Shown here in pieces: positions 20,926 to 30,703 of a stretch of DNA of 64,000 nucleotides. The translations under genes were made by a program, and so were the position numbers. A model generated the notes under the pieces. The model did no database searches and was not told the DNA's origin. It worked only from the letters and a program-made list of their open reading frames with translations. The stretch comes from an uncultured Methanoregulaceae archaeon. GTDB taxonomy: Archaea > Halobacteriota > Methanomicrobia > Methanomicrobiales > Methanospirillaceae. The stretch lies in NCBI GenBank assembly GCA_963701095.1, contig OY969564.1:704001-768000 (forward strand). The letters are read 5' to 3'. Position 1 is the stretch's first letter, and each line of letters starts with the position of its first letter.

Positions 20926-21486
20926 TTATATCCGGCAAAGGGCACAGAACTGTTCAACAACCGGGTCGTTCCGCACCTCAGGGTGGAACATAACCCCATA
21001 GAGCGGCCGGTCCGGGTGATGGACAACCTGCACGTACCGGTCAGATGCAGCCGTCACCACCCAGCCGGGCGGCGGGTCGCAGGCAAAGGAGTGTAGTTCG
21101 TAGGCTTCAAATGATTGACGGTCGCAGAGGAGTAGGTCTGATCCGTTGATCCGGACTGTGGTCATTCCGATTTCGCAAGCCAGGCGGAGGAAGCCCCCGT
21201 GGACAAGACAGAGCGCCTGCATTCCTGCGCAGATCCCAAGGACAGGAACGTGAACGTCCCGGAGCCATGCAAACTCTTCGGCTTTTTCGGCAAAGAGGTT
21301 ATCTTTTAACGCAGTCCCGCAGAGAATGATCCCGTTAGCACTCTTGATATTTTCACCGGATATCACGGAAAAATGCACTTCCCGCCATTCATGCCCGGCC
21401 CTGGAAACAATCCGTGCAACCGGACCCACAAACTCATCCCGGGAAAGCGAGCCGGCTTTCCACGAGAGATCCACGAGAAGGATCAT
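20926..21486 (-). CDS. Class I glutamine amidotransferase (stand-alone)
   Basis: PVLGICAGMQ nucleophile elbow, YGVMFHPE. Confidence 0.9.
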   Translation of the reverse strand: MILLVDLSWKAGSLSRDEFVGPVARIVSRAGHEWREVHFSVISGENIKSANGIILCGTALKDNLFAEKAEEFAWLRDVHVPVLGICAGMQALCLVHGGFLRLACEIGMTTVRINGSDLLLCDRQSFEAYELHSFACDPPPGWVVTAASDRYVQVVHHPDRPLYGVMFHPEVRNDPVVEQFCALCRI

Positions 21487-22163
21487 TTTGCCTCCAGAAC
21501 GGCACGCCGGACACAGAAGAATCCCCGGAAATTTGCATACTCTTTTTCGGATTCCTGAATCACGATCTTTTTCGTAAAGAGGGGAGAGTCCACGACCAGC
21601 GTCTCGTACTCTCCACCTTCTCCGGTAAGGGTAATGCGGTGCGTACGCACGTACTGCTGCAGGTCGAGGAGTGCTTCCCGGTCAATCTCCCTTCCAAGCC
21701 AGTCCGCAGAAAACGGGGCAGCGAAGACACCAGTGATAAGAGCCCGGAAGCCTGATGTAACCAGTTTTTCCATGTAAGTTTCCGGATCCGTATACCAGAG
21801 CGGGTTGAAACACCAGAGGTCGAGGTCGTGACAAATGCGCTGGACCCGGGATGCCTGGTATACTGATAGGAGGGCACCGGTTACTACACCCTCGATATCA
21901 TACTCTTCCACGGCAAGGTGTATGGCACGGGAAAGATCGTCGAGCTCGGCCTCCTCGATCCCTTCCGTTTCCACAGTAACAAGCGGGAGACCGGCCGCTT
22001 CTGCCTGCAGGGGCACGAGGTGGATATTGGGGATGTGGAACATGTAGCTCTCCTCGTTCCGGGACCGGACTGATATGAGGCAGGCAACCTCCTCTTTCTG
22101 CATCGCGAGATGGCAGGCGTACCATGAGTCTTTCCCCCCGGAACAGAGAACGCCGAGTTTCAT
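21483..22163 (-). CDS. dph6: Diphthine--ammonia ligase family PP-loop ATPase
   Basis: SGGKDS, SYMFH, GALLSVYQ, NPLW, GEGGEYETLV. Confidence 0.88.
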   Translation of the reverse strand: MKLGVLCSGGKDSWYACHLAMQKEEVACLISVRSRNEESYMFHIPNIHLVPLQAEAAGLPLVTVETEGIEEAELDDLSRAIHLAVEEYDIEGVVTGALLSVYQASRVQRICHDLDLWCFNPLWYTDPETYMEKLVTSGFRALITGVFAAPFSADWLGREIDREALLDLQQYVRTHRITLTGEGGEYETLVVDSPLFTKKIVIQESEKEYANFRGFFCVRRAVLEAK

Positions 22164-22473
22164 TCCCTGTGTACTCTTATTTCCGACATCTTGAATCTCT
22201 CTTTTTAGAGGCCTGTTGCAAAATTGTGTGAAAGAAATCGTTCACAGATCACGAACATTTTGTTCACGGAACATGAACTTAAAGGCAATTTTTCCTTTCA
22301 CTAGTATCATACTTTGATTTTGGCAACAAAATAGAGATCAGGTTCGTTCTCAGGAAAACCCGAGAGCGAATGTTCCTCAGCGGCATGCAGGGAGTCTTTT
22401 GCCATTTCCTCTCTTTCTGAGGATTGTGCCATCTTTTCTCTCCGTAATGAGTACAGAAAAATTTGCGCCCACT

Positions 22474-24147
22474 TCAAATTTTCGATCCATTCCGGTCAGT
22501 GATATCGCGGACAAACGCGAAGCTGTATTCATTAATCCCCTTTCGGACATAGGATGCCATAATCTCGACATCAAGGATAGTACCATCTTTCCTCCGGTGC
22601 CGGGTTGTGAAGAAACTCCTTTTTCTTTCTCTTAATCTTTGAACGGATCGTTCCCAGATTTCCGGAGTAATATCGGGATCCAGCTTGAAAATTTTCATGC
22701 CCTGAAGTTCTTCTCTGGAGTAGCCGGTCGTTTTACAGGCTGAATCGTTCCCGTACAGGATAGTGCCCTCAAAATCCAGCCAGAAAACTTCGTCATAAGC
22801 CTGGTCGACCGAGGTTTTAAGGAGGATGAGCTGGTCTTCCATCTGTTTCCTGTCGGTGATATCGTGAGCGCAGCCTTCAAAACCGATGATAACCCCGGCT
22901 CCGTTGCAATGGGGAACACCATTCGTGCTATGCCAGGCCCAGGATCCGTCAGCACGTTGGACGCGATATTCAATATCCGTTTTTCCCTTGCCTGTCGTCA
23001 TAACATACTCAAGGCCCTCCATACAGATCGGAATGTCATCGGGATGGACGAAGATTTTAAATGATTTCCCGACTACCTGACTCAAAGGGTGTCCCAGTAA
23101 TACAGTCCATCCTGGTGAAACAAAAGTAAACACACCCTCTTTATCGAGCGTATAAATTATGTCATGGGTATTCTCAACTAACCGACGGAACTTTTCTTCA
23201 CTTTCTTTTAACAATTCTAAGGCCTGTTTCCGTTCAGTAATGTCTGTGACCATACCAAAGGATCCCTGGAACGAACCTGCCTCGCCAAAGAGAGGAGAAC
23301 CTGAGATCAGGCACCAGATAACTCTCCCGTCCCGATGCCTGAGCCTGCACTCGTAACGGCTTTTAATCCCTTTCATCCGGGCAATAATCTGGGCTTCGAA
23401 TAAGGCCTGATCCTCCTTCATGACCAAATCCAGAACATTCCGCCTGGTCATTCCCTCACGCGTATATCCCAGCATATCGGCAAAACGCTGGTTAGAAAAG
23501 AGGGTATCAAGATTCCGGTCTAAGATCCAAACGCCTTCATTGGCCGTTTCAACAATAAGACGATATTTCTCCTCGCTCGCCTGTGCCCGTCTCTTGTCTT
23601 CTTTTTGCCCGGTAATGTCTTCAAAAACGACTGATGCGCCTTTCTTTCCGTTGTCAAGTACAGTTGGGGCGATCCGGCAGGTAAAAATGGTACCTCGGGA
23701 CTCGATGAAAAGTTCTCCTTTCCACTCGACACCCTTAATGCCATTCCTTACCCGGTCCAGAAAGGAACCAAAAATGTCGTCGAGAACCGGCACAAGGACG
23801 GAGTACTGAATATTTTTTCCAATAAGTTCTTCCCGGGATGTGTTCAGAAACTCGACAAAAGGCTCATTGACATATATAATCCTGAGGTGGCTGTCGAGTT
23901 GTAGAATAAGTTCCGAGGAGATCGAGAGGACTGAGGAAGAGGGAACCCGGTGTGAAAGGGTATAGATCTTGGCCATGCCAAAGAGGCGCATATCAACATG
24001 TCCGGATGCGAGAAGGGTTTCAAGATACCTCCCTGCGGTACTCCGGCTGATGTTCACCTCTTTGACGATTCCGGTGATGCTCAGCCCCTGCGGATGCTTC
24101 TGTAAGAGATCTTTGATCTTCACCGTAATCTTCTGGCTCAAAACCAT
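22474..24147 (-). CDS. wHTH-PAS(n) one-component sensor without kinase domain
   Basis: HTH near-identical to the 15150 gene, four PAS domains, ends after AFVRDITDR. Confidence 0.9.
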   Translation of the reverse strand: MVLSQKITVKIKDLLQKHPQGLSITGIVKEVNISRSTAGRYLETLLASGHVDMRLFGMAKIYTLSHRVPSSSVLSISSELILQLDSHLRIIYVNEPFVEFLNTSREELIGKNIQYSVLVPVLDDIFGSFLDRVRNGIKGVEWKGELFIESRGTIFTCRIAPTVLDNGKKGASVVFEDITGQKEDKRRAQASEEKYRLIVETANEGVWILDRNLDTLFSNQRFADMLGYTREGMTRRNVLDLVMKEDQALFEAQIIARMKGIKSRYECRLRHRDGRVIWCLISGSPLFGEAGSFQGSFGMVTDITERKQALELLKESEEKFRRLVENTHDIIYTLDKEGVFTFVSPGWTVLLGHPLSQVVGKSFKIFVHPDDIPICMEGLEYVMTTGKGKTDIEYRVQRADGSWAWHSTNGVPHCNGAGVIIGFEGCAHDITDRKQMEDQLILLKTSVDQAYDEVFWLDFEGTILYGNDSACKTTGYSREELQGMKIFKLDPDITPEIWERSVQRLRERKRSFFTTRHRRKDGTILDVEIMASYVRKGINEYSFAFVRDITDRNGSKI

Positions 24148-24321
24148 ATGCAGACTAATATTTGCGCTAAGATATAATGAACAATGGTTCGGATGCCGAA
24201 AGGGAGTGGATTTTATTTCCCGGGTAATCGTTCTTAACTCTTCTTGAATCTCTTTTTACGAAAAAAAGGTATGTTTGTTATCGGGCATAATTGCGAACCC
24301 GCAATCAAATCCTCGTACCTA

Positions 24322-25710
24322 TCATGTGCTCGCGTTTACCTCATGTATTGCATTGGATGGAACGGGTAGAGTGGGAATGGGTGTAAGCACAGGAGTCGGG
24401 GTTGGAGTCGGGGTTACAAACGAAACCTGCAGATCAATTATCCCGTTTGGCTGGGTTGTCGAAGCCGTTTTAACCGCTTCTCCGTTATTGTAGACGGTTA
24501 CTTTCAGTTCGTCGCCCGAACCATCCATCTTCTGGACAGATACTGCAGCCGCCTGATCGGTGGTGACGACCTGATATAGATGGTCGCCGGTATCGGTTAC
24601 GTCCTGATGCGTATTCGGTGAACCAACCCAGCCGGTGTAGTTCTGGTCGTACGAGATCTCAACCCATACACCTGTTTCCGGAATAAGCAGCTGGGTTGTC
24701 TGCGGTACTGATTCCGTAGTTACTGCAGCTGTCACAACAGGGCTCAGCGTTGGTGTCGGCATCATGGTAACCACCGTGGGTTGTGGCGTCGTCACCGGTT
24801 GGACAACGGTAGGATTTTGCAGGTCTTTCATGACGATAAATCCCCCGGCTGCGATCGCAAGGATCACGATAATAATAACGCCCGCCGCAAGGATCCCCAG
24901 ACGCATTTCCCGGGGCGCAGAAGGTGCCGGCGGCGTGTGCGGGACTGCCGGTACCGGTTCTGCCATGGGGATCGGGGCAGATTCTGGTACTGCCGGTGCA
25001 GATTCCGTGAGGGACTCCGCGTCTCCTCCTATGGGTCCCATCGAGTGAATGATCTGTTCCAGGGTCCGGCCCTTATGATCATCCGGTACAGGAGAGGCAA
25101 CCGGGGCCGGGGGAATCTTCTCGGCTGCGGCTGAATCTGCCCTCTCGCCTTCCGGCACGACATCATTAGTCCTCGCCGGGCTGGAAAAAAATCCCTTAGT
25201 GAGCGACGTGATCTCGGCAGGTTTCGTAGCAGATGGCTCATGTCCATCCTGATCTTTTATGGGGCGGGCAATTTCGATCTTCTTTAGTTCACCGAGATCA
25301 CCGGTATAGTCTGGACGGGACTGTCCGGGAACCTGCATACGCATCGCCTTCTCCACCGGGGGCGACCCTGCTTCCGGAACATAATTTTTAAGTGCTGTTA
25401 CCCATTCATCAGCCTTATGCCCGGGGTCGCTCACAGTCTGCCGGTCAATGGTGAGAACCATTTGCCGGGTTTCGCCGGTAGTGGTGAGAAGCGTGAACGT
25501 GATAACTTTTTCGTGGAGGGTATTTTCACCCTGTTCGAAGTCTTTTATCGTGGTAAGCAGAATATTTTTTTTGGGATGAGTATCTTTGATCCTGTCTACC
25601 AGAATAATCCGCTTGTTGGTGAGTACCGCCTCAAATGATGCCGATTTGATATGAACCATCTGCGCCGGAGCAAGCACCTTCTCGTCACTGCCTAGTTCCA
25701 GGTCGTCCAT
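24322..25710 (-). CDS. Membrane-anchored hypothetical protein (PH-like N-terminus, Pro-rich linker, TM, extracellular domain)
   Basis: AVLTNKRIILVD, one TM segment, Thr/Pro-rich stretches. Confidence 0.75.
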   Translation of the reverse strand: MDDLELGSDEKVLAPAQMVHIKSASFEAVLTNKRIILVDRIKDTHPKKNILLTTIKDFEQGENTLHEKVITFTLLTTTGETRQMVLTIDRQTVSDPGHKADEWVTALKNYVPEAGSPPVEKAMRMQVPGQSRPDYTGDLGELKKIEIARPIKDQDGHEPSATKPAEITSLTKGFFSSPARTNDVVPEGERADSAAAEKIPPAPVASPVPDDHKGRTLEQIIHSMGPIGGDAESLTESAPAVPESAPIPMAEPVPAVPHTPPAPSAPREMRLGILAAGVIIIVILAIAAGGFIVMKDLQNPTVVQPVTTPQPTVVTMMPTPTLSPVVTAAVTTESVPQTTQLLIPETGVWVEISYDQNYTGWVGSPNTHQDVTDTGDHLYQVVTTDQAAAVSVQKMDGSGDELKVTVYNNGEAVKTASTTQPNGIIDLQVSFVTPTPTPTPVLTPIPTLPVPSNAIHEVNAST

Positions 25711-25803
25711 TTTGTACTGCCCTCCTGAAATATTTTCACCGTAGGATGTCTGCCGGGAAAAAGATATGGCGATTATCCGTTGTAAGACAAGATTCTCGGA
25801 GTA

Positions 25804-26438
25804 TTAAACCCTTTTCTTACCAGTCATTAAAAAAATGGTAAATGTCCTCATTTCCCCCGAAAGAGAGGGTTTTGCAATCATCGCAGCAGTCCTGTTCCGG
25901 ACCGATTCAAACCCGGCGTTCCCGAAATATTTCATCATTACAATCCGGTCAAAGCCATTGTGGAACACACCTTCATGGGTATCATGAAATTTTCCTTCGT
26001 CGGAATCGAGATCGGCCACTGCAAGCCATCCCCTGGTCGTGAGAACACCGGCAATCCTTTCAAGCAATACCTCCACATCTGGTATATGGTGAAAGGTCAT
26101 GCTGCTGACCACAAGGTTAAATGTCCCCTCAAGAGCGTCTCCCTGATCGAGGTCTACGAGCCGGGTCCTGACATTCGCAATTTTCTGTGCCCGGATCTTA
26201 TTCTTCAGCACATTGAGCATACCTTGCGAGCTATCGACGGCAGTGACGGAACGGACATGCGGCTGGAGTGCAAGAGTTAAGAGACCTGTCCCGCACCCGA
26301 AGTCCAGAACGTCCATATCCGGTCCCGGTTTCACTGTCCCGATAATTGCCCTGGCCACATCCTGAGCCAGTTTTACCGGGCGGGGTTTTCGTCCCAGGTT
26401 GCCGCCTCTGTATCAAAATTACGTTTTTCGCCGGCCAT
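25804..26438 (-). CDS. Class I SAM-dependent methyltransferase (1-nt frameshift near 26376)
   Basis: VLDFGCGTG, SSMTFHH; upstream frame MAGEKRNFDTEAATWDENPAR from ATG 26438 joins after a 1-nt shift. Confidence 0.88.
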
Positions 26439-26549
26439 AACAGTAACCGGACTGTGGGTAGGACAAACGGAAATAATGCACGGATCGGATTAGATATACT
26501 AGTCGTTACCTCCACCAATAAGGAAATAACTTGGTAAAGACAAAAATGG

Positions 26550-27086
26550 GTGATGCAGATTTTTGCATTTTTATCCCTTCTATCGTCGATTATCATTATG
26601 GCGCTGGGGATATTTGTTTACTCAACAAACCGGAAAAGCCAGCTCAACCGGATATTTTTATTTCTCTGTGTAATGGCTTTTTATTGGGCATTTATGGAAT
26701 CAATGCTCCGGGACGCCGATAGTTTTAGCTCCGCATTCGTCTGGATGAAGCTGACCGCATTCTGGACCTTTGTTCCCGCAGCCACCTTTCATTTTACCCT
26801 GTACTTTACCGAATCCAAACTGCTCAAGAGGAGCAGCTGGATTCCCTTCCTTATCTACGGCCCGGCAGCCTTCTTTAGTTTCCTTGAACTGGTAACAAAC
26901 CTGATAATTACGACCCCGGTAATGAGATACTGGGGTTACTCCTACCAATATGCGCCGGATATGCTGCCTTTTCTTATCGAATTGGCATGGGCCTTTGGTA
27001 TTCTCGTACTATCATTGTTCTTGTGTATCCGGTATTATTTCCAGGTACCGGATTACAACAAAAAAACCAGACAAAATATATTGTGA
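26550..27086 (+). CDS. N-terminal 7TM region of a histidine kinase (frameshifted gene 26550-29422)
   Basis: Multiple TM helices; frame breaks in the A7 run at ~27060. Confidence 0.8.
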   Translation: MMQIFAFLSLLSSIIIMALGIFVYSTNRKSQLNRIFLFLCVMAFYWAFMESMLRDADSFSSAFVWMKLTAFWTFVPAATFHFTLYFTESKLLKRSSWIPFLIYGPAAFFSFLELVTNLIITTPVMRYWGYSYQYAPDMLPFLIELAWAFGILVLSLFLCIRYYFQVPDYNKKTRQNIL

Positions 27087-29422
27087 CCGGTATCAGCGTC
27101 GCAATTATCGGTGAATTTTTCTGTGAACTTGTGCTGCCTCTCTTTCATGTAATAATCCCGGAACCCGAGGCCATTTTCTTTATCTTCTTTTCCGGGATGG
27201 TCGCGTACGCCGTCCAGAAATACGAACTCTTTGTCGTCAATCCTACTACCGCTGCAGATAACATTGTCTCGACTATGACAGATTCCCTCATACTCCTTGA
27301 TCGCCGGTACACGATCACATCAGTGAATGAGGAAACCGAAAAAATCACAGGATATCAGCGGGAGACACTCGTCGGCAGGCCATTCTCAACCATTTTTGTG
27401 AATCCCCAGGATAGCAACGAAATCCTTTCAAAAATTACAGCAGATAGTGCGATTAGAGATATCGAAACCCTGTTTCGTTCGCACGACGGGGCATCCATCC
27501 CGGTCAGCTTTTCCGGTTCAGTGATAAAAAATACCAGCGGGGAAAATAATGGTATTGTCTGTATTTCACGGGATATCACCCAGCGTAAACTGCTCGAGGA
27601 CACCCTTAAAGAAAATGAGCACCGGTTCCGCGAGCTTGCCGACCTTCTTCCCCAGACCATTTTCGAAATGGATATGGAAGGAAATCTCACGTACGTCAAC
27701 TATGCCGGGGTGGAGATATTTGGCATTGACAATACTAAGATCCGGACTGGTGTAAATGTCCGCGAATACCTGATACCCGGCGATATCGAACGCATGCGCC
27801 GGGGACTGGCCCTTGTAATGGGAGGTGCAAAGTCCAGTGGTGAAGTGTATACTTTACGAAGGCTTGATGGAACTTTGATGAAAGCAATGGTAAATACCGG
27901 GCCTGTTATCCGGAACGGTGTGGCAATCGGATTCCGTGGCATCGTGATCGATATCACTGATCGGGTGACCCTCGAAAAAACCCTGAACGAGACCACCGAA
28001 TTCCTCACCGGTATCCTACAGGCATCACCGGTGGGCGTATTCCGGCTCGATCCGTCAGGACAGATCACATACATCAACGAATCATTCAGAAAAATTACCG
28101 GCATCACGTTTGAAATTCTCCAAGGGAAATATTGGGCAGATATCCTTCCCAAGGAAGAGCGTGAGCGCATGATTATGGCGATTGCCGCATCTGTGCGAGA
28201 GCACAAAATGGTAGAAGCTGAAGCCCGGTATATCCACCCTGATGGCAAGCAGTACTGGCTGTTTGGCCAGGTCGTCCCTCTTTTCGATCCGGTAGGTCAT
28301 ATCAAAGGCTGGGTTGGTACGATCACGGATATTACCCAGAGAAAAACCATCGAAGTTGAACTTCGTGAGAGTGAAGAAAAGTTCCGGTCCCTTGCCGAGA
28401 ATACTGCCGCTCTTCTTTTTTCGCTTGATGTAAACGGTGTATTTACCTACGTTTCACCGCTCATAAACAGTTATGGATTTCTCGTCGAAGATGTTGTTTC
28501 CCATCATTTCAATGATTTCGTCTATCCGGACGACCGTAAGAAAGTTCAGGTTAATTTCCGGAACGTTATTGATGGAGAACGCGAGGTAACTTCCGTATTC
28601 AGGATGGTTGATAGATGGGGGTACATCCACTGGGTAGAGGAAATAAGCACTATCCGGGTGAATGTCTTTGGTAAGCCGGTGGGCGTGTACGGTGTATTGA
28701 GGGATGTTACAGATCGCCGGCGAACAGAGGATGCTATACAACTGGCTAACAAGAAGCTCAATCTCCTGAACAATATCACCCGACACGATATCATCAACAC
28801 GATAACGGGGCTTTTTGGGTGCGTTGATATGGCAGCATCTACGCAAAGCAAGGAAGAACGATCCGTCCTGCTTGCAGAGATTAAGGACCTGGTACGGATT
28901 ATCCAGCGCCAGATTACCTTTACCCGGGAGTACCAGGAAGTCGGGGTTCATGCCCCGGTCTGGCAGAATCTTAAAGACGTCATGGACCGTGTCATTGTCA
29001 ACTTCTCAAAACAGAATATCAGATTTGACCTGGACCTCGAAGACACGGAAATCTATGCTGATCCCCTGCTTGAGAAAGTGTTCTACAATCTCATCGATAA
29101 CGCAATCCGGTATGGGGAAACGGTCACTGCAATCAGGTTCTATTATCAGATCTCGGACAAAGGGCTGGCACTCATCTGCGAAGACGACGGCGTCGGTGTC
29201 CCGGCTGAATCAAAGGAGCAGATCTTCGAACGCGGTATTGGCAGGAATACCGGTATGGGGCTCTTTTTAACCCGGGAGATCCTGTTGATCACGGGTATAA
29301 CGATACAGGAGAATGGGACCTATGGAAAGGGGGCACGGTTCGAACTCTTGATACCTAACGGTGCCTGGCGGTTTCCGGTAACCGGGCAAAGAGGTAAAAA
29401 TATCTCCCAGCCGACCAATTGA
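26987..29422 (+). CDS. PAS(n) histidine kinase, remainder of the 7TM kinase
   Basis: Four PAS domains, TRHDIINTI, NLIDNA, DDGVG, GMGL. Confidence 0.92.
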   Translation: MGLWYSRTIIVLVYPVLFPGTGLQQKNQTKYIVTGISVAIIGEFFCELVLPLFHVIIPEPEAIFFIFFSGMVAYAVQKYELFVVNPTTAADNIVSTMTDSLILLDRRYTITSVNEETEKITGYQRETLVGRPFSTIFVNPQDSNEILSKITADSAIRDIETLFRSHDGASIPVSFSGSVIKNTSGENNGIVCISRDITQRKLLEDTLKENEHRFRELADLLPQTIFEMDMEGNLTYVNYAGVEIFGIDNTKIRTGVNVREYLIPGDIERMRRGLALVMGGAKSSGEVYTLRRLDGTLMKAMVNTGPVIRNGVAIGFRGIVIDITDRVTLEKTLNETTEFLTGILQASPVGVFRLDPSGQITYINESFRKITGITFEILQGKYWADILPKEERERMIMAIAASVREHKMVEAEARYIHPDGKQYWLFGQVVPLFDPVGHIKGWVGTITDITQRKTIEVELRESEEKFRSLAENTAALLFSLDVNGVFTYVSPLINSYGFLVEDVVSHHFNDFVYPDDRKKVQVNFRNVIDGEREVTSVFRMVDRWGYIHWVEEISTIRVNVFGKPVGVYGVLRDVTDRRRTEDAIQLANKKLNLLNNITRHDIINTITGLFGCVDMAASTQSKEERSVLLAEIKDLVRIIQRQITFTREYQEVGVHAPVWQNLKDVMDRVIVNFSKQNIRFDLDLEDTEIYADPLLEKVFYNLIDNAIRYGETVTAIRFYYQISDKGLALICEDDGVGVPAESKEQIFERGIGRNTGMGLFLTREILLITGITIQENGTYGKGARFELLIPNGAWRFPVTGQRGKNISQPTN

Positions 29423-29434
29423 TGCTATACGGGA

Positions 29435-29812
29435 ATGGTGAACATGGCAAAAGGCTCGATTCTCCTTGTTGAGGATGATGATATCATTGCAAAAGTTGCA
29501 CAATGGCGTTTAAACAACCTCGGCTACGAAGTTGTCGGGCGTGCAACATCAGGGGCAGAAGCAATGGAACTGGTCGTTAAACAAAAGCCGGATCTTGTAC
29601 TCATGGACATCAATATCAAAGGCGATATTGACGGGATCGAAACGGCGCGGATGATAAAAAAAGGGTTCAACATTCCTGTGGTCTATGTAACCTCGCACAC
29701 CGACGGGCCGACACTTGAACGCGCAAAAGGGACAAATCCTGACGGGTTCATCGTTAAACCCTTTGATGACAATGACCTCCGTGTGGCAATCGAGCTTGCA
29801 TTGAATAAGTAA
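29435..29812 (+). CDS. Single-domain response regulator
   Basis: ILLVEDD, DLVLMDI, IDGIE, FIVKPF. Confidence 0.93.
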   Translation: MVNMAKGSILLVEDDDIIAKVAQWRLNNLGYEVVGRATSGAEAMELVVKQKPDLVLMDINIKGDIDGIETARMIKKGFNIPVVYVTSHTDGPTLERAKGTNPDGFIVKPFDDNDLRVAIELALNK

Positions 29813-30029
29813 CGTCCCGGATTACCGGGTCAAAATAAAATACGCTTTTTTCCGACTTTTTCTCCTGGCTGTCACCGGCCTTACGTATAACTCCACAGTT
29901 ATATCTTTTACCCGGAAGGGTGGGTATCCTAACCAGACGCATCTGGTCAATACATAAAAGAGCCGGGTGAAGCATGTATCAGCGGTTTTGGATACCACGA
30001 GCACAACACGTGAAAGGAGGTAATGTCGT

Positions 30030-30176
30030 TTGAGAATATTCCGATGTGAAATCTGTAAAAAACCCTGTATGTTGACCACCCTCGATAACGAGAATATTAA
30101 ATTTTGTCCGGTCAACAGTAAACCCGTTGCCTGGAAACAGCTTAACCGGGATAAAAAGAACGTATGCACGAATTAA
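30030..30176 (+). CDS. Putative 48-aa Cys-rich microprotein (MRIFRCEICKKPC...FCP..W)
   Basis: AGGAGG RBS at 30015-30020, TTG start, CxxC-x3-C...CP; below the ORF-track size cutoff. Confidence 0.55.
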   Translation: MRIFRCEICKKPCMLTTLDNENIKFCPVNSKPVAWKQLNRDKKNVCTN

Positions 30177-30202
30177 AGAAAAACTACGAGGAAATTTTTC
30201 AG

Positions 30203-30612
30203 TTACTTTCCTGCCTGGACGTTCATATCGGCATCTTTCAGTCCGGGATGACGGTAGCGGCCTCGTCCCTTCGTTCCCAGGAGCATGGCAGGATCAATAA
30301 CTCCCACCGGACAGAAATTACGGTAGGAACAGCAGAGTTCGTACCGGTGCTGCCAGACAGGCCGGCCTTTTTCAATGACTATATTGTTTACCGGACAAAC
30401 CACAGCGCAGGTGCAGCATGAGGTATAGGCACCAGAGACCGAGAATTTCCGGTCTGCGTCATGAACACTCCGGGCAAAGGGACCGTAGAGCGCTCTGTGC
30501 ATTAAGGAGGAGAGAGGCGAGAGCCCGGGCTGAACGGAAGCGCCTTTTTCAATTAAACCCGCGATCTCAGTGAGGCGTGCACCTGCAGCTGCAATGATCT
30601 AATAGTCTTCAT
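30203..30612 (-). pseudogene. Internally deleted EFR1-family ferrodoxin paralog
   Basis: MKTI start at 30612 joined out of frame to ..HDADRKFSVSGAYTSCCTCAVVCPVNNI..PVWQHRYELCCSYRNFCP; Cys ligands degenerate; flavodoxin domain missing. Confidence 0.8.
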
Positions 30613-30703
30613 GGTGCCGTTTTCCGCAAAGATGTGTGCTCTTACCCTGTAAAGGCGTATCCCCGGGGATAACCTCACAAAACAGATCCGGATGTTTTCC
30701 GGG

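Noticed and set aside
22252..22266. LexA-like (GAAC-N4-GTTC) box
   Set aside because: Spacer is 5 nt, and LexA is not expected in this lineage
27055..27070. Programmed frameshift or phase variation at the A-run of the 7TM kinase
   Set aside because: Indistinguishable from the window-wide indel noise; no stimulatory structure evident
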